Assembly (NCBI GenBank): GCA_002376005.1
Contig: DFNJ01000035.1
Coordinates: 20,062 to 84,061 of the forward strand
Reading direction: 5' to 3'
From: Firmicutes bacterium UBA3570
Lineage (GTDB): Bacteria > Bacillota > Sulfobacillia > UBA3561
DNA length: 64,000 nucleotides
Positions 59,532 through 64,000 of the stretch are shown one piece after another. Numbering within the stretch: the first letter of the stretch is position 1; each line of letters starts with the position of its first letter. The notes beneath the pieces were generated by a model. It ran no database searches. It was not told the DNA's origin and was given only the letters and a program-made list of their open reading frames with translations. Made by a program: the position numbers and the translations under genes.

Positions 59532-60704
59532 TCAAGTGCTGGCCATCTTAACCACCAACACTGTCATGTCATCGGAAATCTCCCCACCACGACGCTCCAA
59601 GATCCACTCGAGAAACCGCGCGGCCAACCAGTCCGCCGAACGGCCGACGTCCGCCTGACTCAACCAGGCACACAGGCTTGCGTAGCTGCCCCAATCCAGA
59701 CATCCATCGGTCACCAGGACCAGATGGTCTCCCGGTCGCAGACGAACCCGAAGGCGGGGGGTCTGAATTCGAATTCCGATCCCCAGAGGCGGGGCAGGGC
59801 GAGAGAGTGCCAGGCACCGGTGCGAACGCACGAGGAAGCTGGGGGGTGCGCCCCGCTTGTACAGCTCCGCCAGCCCCAATTGAAGGTCAATTCGTGCCAT
59901 GTCGACCGTCACAACCTCGTGCTCTCGACCTCTCAATGTCACGAGTCTATCTGCATGCTCTATTGCCCACGGGAGGGGTAATCCCACATCGAAAGCACTG
60001 CCAATCAACTCGAGCAGTGGCCCACTGGTCCTCGCTGCGCGATCGCCCGCACCCATGCCGTCACTCAAACCAACCAGTATGGATGATCCGCACCTGCGCA
60101 CAAGGTAGCTGTCCCCACAACAACTTGACCGCCGTGCCGCCCTCCGGGCAAGCCCTACCCAGCATTGATGCGCAATGGTGGACAGCTCCAGGAAGTTCTC
60201 CTCGATACTCTCTCCAGAGAGTACGTCGGCGGACGCCAGCAGCTGATCGACAAGTGCAGCAGTCGCGGTGGCCATCCTCTCCTCCCAGTCTCGCTGACTA
60301 ACAGCCCAATGAACGGCCCAGCTCAGCCCAGCCATCAGTACGTCGGGGCGTACACAGCGATGATAAAGGTAGTCGCCAAGAATGAGCGCCATGTCGTCCT
60401 CCAATCCGCACTGCATCCGGACCAACGCGTCCTTCAACTCCGCGTACGTCCTCCCGCCATCCGCCTTCCAGCAGCCGGCGTAACTCGCGCACGGCCGGCA
60501 GGTTCTGTCCACCAGCACCCCAAGCGGGGAGATGGCCCAACCCGACTCGTGGCCCCCCTCCCTTACGAAGCCCGCCAGGGCCCGGAGGAAATCGCCAAGC
60601 CGCCCAGTAACAGCAGAACCAGGGCCCGCGGAATCCTTATGACGAACTCGTCGCGGGTATGCGAGGTGCTCACTGATCCCCTTGACTGCAGCCAACCACC
60701 ACAC
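59532..60704 (-). CDS. SpoIIE-type PP2C serine phosphatase, short form without a membrane domain
   Basis: C-terminal PP2C/SpoIIE domain (LSDGMGAGDRAA ... LVLVTDGCLD ... ISDDMTVLVVKM). It sits at the spoIIE locus relative to tilS-ftsH but is only 390 aa. Confidence 0.6.
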   Translation of the reverse strand: MWWLAAVKGISEHLAYPRRVRHKDSAGPGSAVTGRLGDFLRALAGFVREGGHESGWAISPLGVLVDRTCRPCASYAGCWKADGGRTYAELKDALVRMQCGLEDDMALILGDYLYHRCVRPDVLMAGLSWAVHWAVSQRDWEERMATATAALVDQLLASADVLSGESIEENFLELSTIAHQCWVGLARRAARRSSCCGDSYLVRRCGSSILVGLSDGMGAGDRAARTSGPLLELIGSAFDVGLPLPWAIEHADRLVTLRGREHEVVTVDMARIDLQLGLAELYKRGAPPSFLVRSHRCLALSRPAPPLGIGIRIQTPRLRVRLRPGDHLVLVTDGCLDWGSYASLCAWLSQADVGRSADWLAARFLEWILERRGGEISDDMTVLVVKMAST

Positions 60705-61688
60705 CTCTAGGCATAGGCCACCTGCTTACCAGCAACACGTGGTACGCGCTCTAAACAAGCAGTTCGCCAGCACTTACCGCCAGGCAGTTCCTCATTTTGT
60801 TTCTAGGAGTAGTATATCAGCCCACAAGCGCGAGTGATGCCGCTTGATCTGAGAAGCAGCCGCCCCGCTTCGTCACGTACCGCCGCGCTTCGTCACCCGC
60901 GAAGATCATTCCCGCCGACGAACCCCGGGTGGTGTCGCCCCATACTCCGGAGAGACTGTCAACTGCGGACAACCAGGCATCGCTCCACAGGTGAGGCAGT
61001 GCAGCAAGTGCCCTCCTCACCGGTCCCCCCTGGTGCCGACGCTGTCGAGCAAGGGGCATTGCCGTTCAGCCAAACCGCAGGGGACGCACGATCTTGCAGC
61101 ATCAGACATCACGAGGACCACCTGCCCCCGATGATTTTGGATGGCAGCCGCACCACATCATTGTCGCCAAATCCTGTCAGACCTTGACCCAGTGCAATCG
61201 AACTTGCAATAGGGCGCCCTTGTAGACGAGTTGGCTGCCACTTTTGCTCCTCCGATGAAAGGAACCTGTACCAGGTCTGGGAGCACTCTGCCTAGACTAA
61301 GGGTCCGACATCGAGGTCTGGCTGCGCTGCGGCGGGTCAGCCAATCATGCCATCTCCCACGGAGCGAAAGCGCCATTGCCCGCCGGGCTGGCGGAGGATC
61401 TGCACCTCATCCTCTTTAGGGATAGAAGGGATTGGCTTGCTTTGGAGCATGTTCACCCGTGCAGGGGGTCTCAGGGCACCTTCCCCTTGACAAACCCTAC
61501 GGCACGACACTGAGCAGGCGTGCGGCTCACCAGCCGGCAATTACCGAGTGCATTACGAAGTCGGTAATGGGCGTCGAGTTGGCACTAATTTGTTACACTT
61601 CGCGTATGTCTCGCATTCCGGCCCTGCTGCCTGCTCTGGGGCAGGGACGATCGACACATCGGGAGTACAACAGTAACTGAACGCAGAC

Positions 61689-61720
61689 GACGGACTCCTG
61701 CTGTGGGAGTCCGTCGCTCG
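61689..61720 (-). terminator. Intrinsic terminator after the tRNA cluster
   Basis: On the minus strand, a GACGGACUCC-CACAGCAG-GGAGUCCGUC hairpin immediately 3' of tRNA-Glu is followed by GUCUGCGUUCAGUU. Confidence 0.5.
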
Positions 61721-61792
61721 TGGCCCCACGGGGAATCGAACCCCGGTTACCGCCTTGAAAGGGCGGTGTCTTAGCCACTTGACCATGAGGCC
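61721..61792 (-). tRNA. tRNA-Glu(UUC), copy 1
   Basis: Cloverleaf resolved by hand. Anticodon loop CUUUCAA. Acceptor stem GGCCUCA/UGGGGCC. CCA not encoded. Confidence 0.85.
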
Positions 61793-61795
61793 TTC

Positions 61796-61871
61796 TGGTG
61801 GGCCATGAAGGATTCGAACCCTCGACACCCCGATTAAGAGTCGGGTGCTCTACCAGCTGAGCTAATGGCCC
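61796..61871 (-). tRNA. tRNA-Lys(CUU), copy 1
   Basis: GGGCCAUUAGCUCAG... with anticodon loop CUCUUAA. 3' CCA is encoded. Confidence 0.85.
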
Positions 61872-61877
61872 ACTCGT

Positions 61878-61950
61878 AGCGGCGGCTGGAGTCGAACCAG
61901 CGACGCCACGGGTATGAGCCGTGTGCTCTAACCACCTGAGCTACGCCGCC
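61878..61950 (-). tRNA. tRNA-Met(CAU) elongator type (could be tRNA-Ile2)
   Basis: GGCGGCGUAGCUCAG... with anticodon loop CUCAUAC and a G1-U72 wobble closing pair. CCA not encoded. Confidence 0.75.
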
Positions 61951-61984
61951 ACGCAAACCAACTCACAGGTCCTAAAGAAAATAT

Positions 61985-62060
<76 letters not shown>

Positions 62061-62199
62061 TCGGACAAAATCTAATCCCAGAATCAGATTATACAAGCAA
62101 CCCCGCGGTCGGTCAAGGCAACCATCCCTGGCCCTGGCAGCGGCCACGGGGCCGGATCGGAAATCCCTTATCGACCACCGCAACCCACCAACAGGGGTG

Positions 62200-62271
62200 T
62201 GGCCCCACGGGGAATCGAACCCCGGTTACCGCCTTGAAAGGGCGGTGTCTTAACCACTTGACCATGGGGCC
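62200..62271 (-). tRNA. tRNA-Glu(UUC), copy 2
   Basis: Same structure as copy 1 but with a GGCCCCA acceptor stem and a D-arm difference. Confidence 0.85.
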
Positions 62272-62276
62272 TCGGG

Positions 62277-62349
62277 TGGGCCATGAAGGATTCGAACCCT
62301 CGACACCCCGATTAAGAGTCGGGTGCTCTACCAGCTGAGCTGATGGCCC
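62277..62349 (-). tRNA. tRNA-Lys(CUU), copy 2
   Basis: GGGCCAUCAGCUCAG... with anticodon CUU. The 3' end is followed by CCC rather than CCA. Confidence 0.8.
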
Positions 62350-62499
62350 CTTCAACCCTCCACGGCTTGACCAGACCGGATGAGGCGCGCCATCAACTGC
62401 TCCGCGCCCCCGGCACCTAACAATATACCGGATGCGCCGCCGCCAGGTCAAGGCGGCTCACACCATACATGCCATCACCTGGCCTGAAGTTCTCCCCCT

Positions 62500-63627
62500 T
62501 CAGAGGGTCTCCAGCAACCTGGTGAGCAGTGCCGTGCGTTCGGGCATGAAATTCAGCAGCAGGTACTCGTCCACCGCGTGACCGCCGGCGCCTACTGCGC
62601 CCAAGCCGTCCAGAGTGGGCACACCCAGAGCAGCTGTGAAATTGCCGTCACTCGCTCCTCCACTGCCGGCCTCTTCCAATTCGAACCCCAGCTCCCGAGC
62701 CACACGCTGGGCATGGCGGAACAGCGCCACTATTGACTCGGTCCGCTCCATAGGTGGCCGATTCAAACCCCCTTCCACCTCCACAGTAGCCCCCGGGAGC
62801 TCGGGCAGCAGACCTTTGATGAGAGGAATCACTCGCTCCGCTTCCGCCTTTGATGACACCCGCAAATCCACCTCGGCCCATGCCTCCGCGGGAACTACAT
62901 TTGAACGACTCCCGCCCCGTACGACGCCCACGTTTACGGTGGTCCCGGTCTCGGGATCAGTCAGACGGTGCAGCTTGATGATCTGCCGGGCCAGCTCCTC
63001 TATGGCATTGACTCCTTTGTCCGGATCTGCTCCCGCGTGCGCCGCACGGCCTACCACCTTTATGCGGAACATTCCCACTCCTTTGCGGAACGTCTTCAAG
63101 GCCCCTTGGGGTGGAACCGAGGGCTCCAGCACCAGAACGGCTTTCGCCGATCGTGCCAGATCTTCTATCAGCGAGCGCGATGAAGGACTGCCGATTTCCT
63201 CATCACTGTTGAATAAGATTTTCACCGTGCTACTGCACAGACCGCGGCGTCGTGCGGCTTCCAACGCGAATATCGCCTGCACGATTCCACCTTTCATGTC
63301 GAACACGCCCGGGCCATAGGCCCGATTCCCCTCAACGCGAAACGGCCTGCGCTTTACCTCGCCTACCGGCCAAACCGTATCCATGTGGCACAACATCAAC
63401 AGGGAGGGTTCCTCTTGTTGCCACGTGGCCACGATGTGGTTCCCGTGCTCCTTTTGCCCAACTACTCTTACGTGGAAGCCGGCTCGTTCCAGCCTGCACG
63501 CTAGAAAGTCCCCAAGGCGATCCACCGCCGCCTTGTCCACGCTGGGCGACTCGAGCTCGACCAGGTGAGCAAGAAACGAAACCATTTCCTCTTGCCGCTC
63601 CGTGAACTCCTTGACCAGTTCGTGCAC
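62500..63627 (-). CDS. M20-family metallopeptidase (ArgE/DapE/CPG2-like)
   Basis: HMDTVWPVG...GVFDMKGG metal-ligand blocks. GTG at 63627 has a [11 protein letters not shown]. Track ORF 62500..63678 is slightly over-extended. Confidence 0.75.
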   Translation of the reverse strand: MHELVKEFTERQEEMVSFLAHLVELESPSVDKAAVDRLGDFLACRLERAGFHVRVVGQKEHGNHIVATWQQEEPSLLMLCHMDTVWPVGEVKRRPFRVEGNRAYGPGVFDMKGGIVQAIFALEAARRRGLCSSTVKILFNSDEEIGSPSSRSLIEDLARSAKAVLVLEPSVPPQGALKTFRKGVGMFRIKVVGRAAHAGADPDKGVNAIEELARQIIKLHRLTDPETGTTVNVGVVRGGSRSNVVPAEAWAEVDLRVSSKAEAERVIPLIKGLLPELPGATVEVEGGLNRPPMERTESIVALFRHAQRVARELGFELEEAGSGGASDGNFTAALGVPTLDGLGAVGAGGHAVDEYLLLNFMPERTALLTRLLETL

Positions 63628-63814
63628 CTCACTGCCCCCTCCATCGTTGGTTCCAGGCGGTCTCGTGCTGCTGCCCAATCAAGGGTTATTTCAGCCAACG
63701 GCCTTTCAGCGCCTTCCAAGTCCAAGGATTGACGGCGGCCCGGGACCGTGAACAGCGAGCCGAGCCGTGGGACGTGGCTTTGCCCACCCCGCACCTTGCC
63801 CCAACCCTTTCTAC

Positions 63815-63861
63815 ACCCCGAAACAAAACAAGCGAAGGACGGACCCGAATAGATGCCGTCC
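63815..63861 (-). terminator. Intrinsic terminator after tRNA-Leu
   Basis: On the minus strand, GGACGGCAUCUAUUCGGGUCCGUCC is followed by UUCGCUUGUUUUGUUUC. Confidence 0.6.
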
Positions 63862-63882
63862 TCCGTGTCCAAGCTCGATCGC

Positions 63883-63971
63883 TGGTGCCGGGGGCGGGAA
63901 TCGAACCCGCACGTCCCAACGGGGACAAGGGATTTTAAGTCCCTTGCGTCTGCCAGTTCCGCCACCCCGGC
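63883..63971 (-). tRNA. tRNA-Leu(UAA)
   Basis: 89 nt, a class II tRNA with a long variable arm. Anticodon loop CUUAAAA. CCA is encoded. Confidence 0.85.
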
Positions 63972-64000
63972 CGGCGTTTCAGCGCCCCAACCCGGGACCA

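Noticed and set aside
60705-61690. Protein-coding gene or degraded spoIIE membrane domain in the 0.9-kb gap
   Set aside because: ORFs on both strands are 100 codons or fewer, Arg/Pro-rich and non-hydrophobic. Nothing resembles a polytopic membrane domain, so it is kept as a non-coding region of interest rather than annotated as a pseudogene.
62113-62451. 112-aa ORF (and 61941..62183, 61553..61828) overlapping the tRNA cluster
   Set aside because: The ORF reads through tRNA-Lys and tRNA-Glu antisense. The peptide MVKWLRHRPFKAVTGVRFPVGP is the well-known artifact of translating tRNA T-arm/acceptor sequence.
63501-63965. 154-aa and 80-aa minus-strand ORFs spanning tRNA-Leu and its terminator
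   Set aside because: They overlap the tRNA-Leu gene and the M20 peptidase 5' region, with no RBS and low-complexity translation.

Overview
This is a 64-kb chromosomal segment with high GC content (roughly two-thirds GC by eye). The gene content and order look like a Gram-positive, Firmicutes-like organism, possibly a thermophilic spore-former; the spoIIE-like/tilS/ftsH synteny, Baf-type birA-coaX pair and tungsten AOR with TupABC are the clues. No organism can be named from the sequence alone. Coding density is high, and from about 15 kb to 64 kb almost every gene is on the minus strand. The 'M' at several track ORF starts is actually GTG or TTG, and several real starts lie inside the listed ORFs. 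Starts below were re-derived from Shine-Dalgarno spacing and homolog N-termini. Many plus-strand ORFs in the track are antisense artifacts of minus-strand genes.

Contents from start to end: a partial DUF362 gene; a tldD/pmbA pair and galE; an ABC exporter next to an M20D amidohydrolase; an S9 peptidase, a metallophosphoesterase and an FmdB zinc-ribbon protein; a plus-strand operon of a U32-like protein, panB, an amidohydrolase-2 and a His-rich membrane protein; a peptide-uptake operon (S9 peptidase, M14 carboxypeptidase, Opp-type binding protein and two permeases, no ATPases); a tungsten module (aldehyde:ferredoxin oxidoreductase, a saccharopine-dehydrogenase-family protein, tupABC); a cofactor cluster (nadA-nadB-nadC-birA-dmpA-coaX); a lower-GC island with two tandemly duplicated lipoprotein genes and small secreted proteins behind a near-consensus promoter; a complete leuABCD-ilvDBNC operon with an attenuator-like leader; fhs, hutH, hsp20, a methyltransferase; a spoIIE-type phosphatase with tilS and ftsH; a seven-tRNA cluster; and a further M20 peptidase.

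No CRISPR array, transposase, integrase or phage gene was seen. The candidates for something undescribed are the lower-GC lipoprotein island (about 34.9-37.6 kb), the tungsten AOR / saccharopine-DH-like module, the leu leader RNA, the unusually short spoIIE-type gene next to a 0.9-kb non-coding region, and several uncharacterised membrane or hypothetical proteins. All functions are homology-by-eye inferences and need database confirmation.
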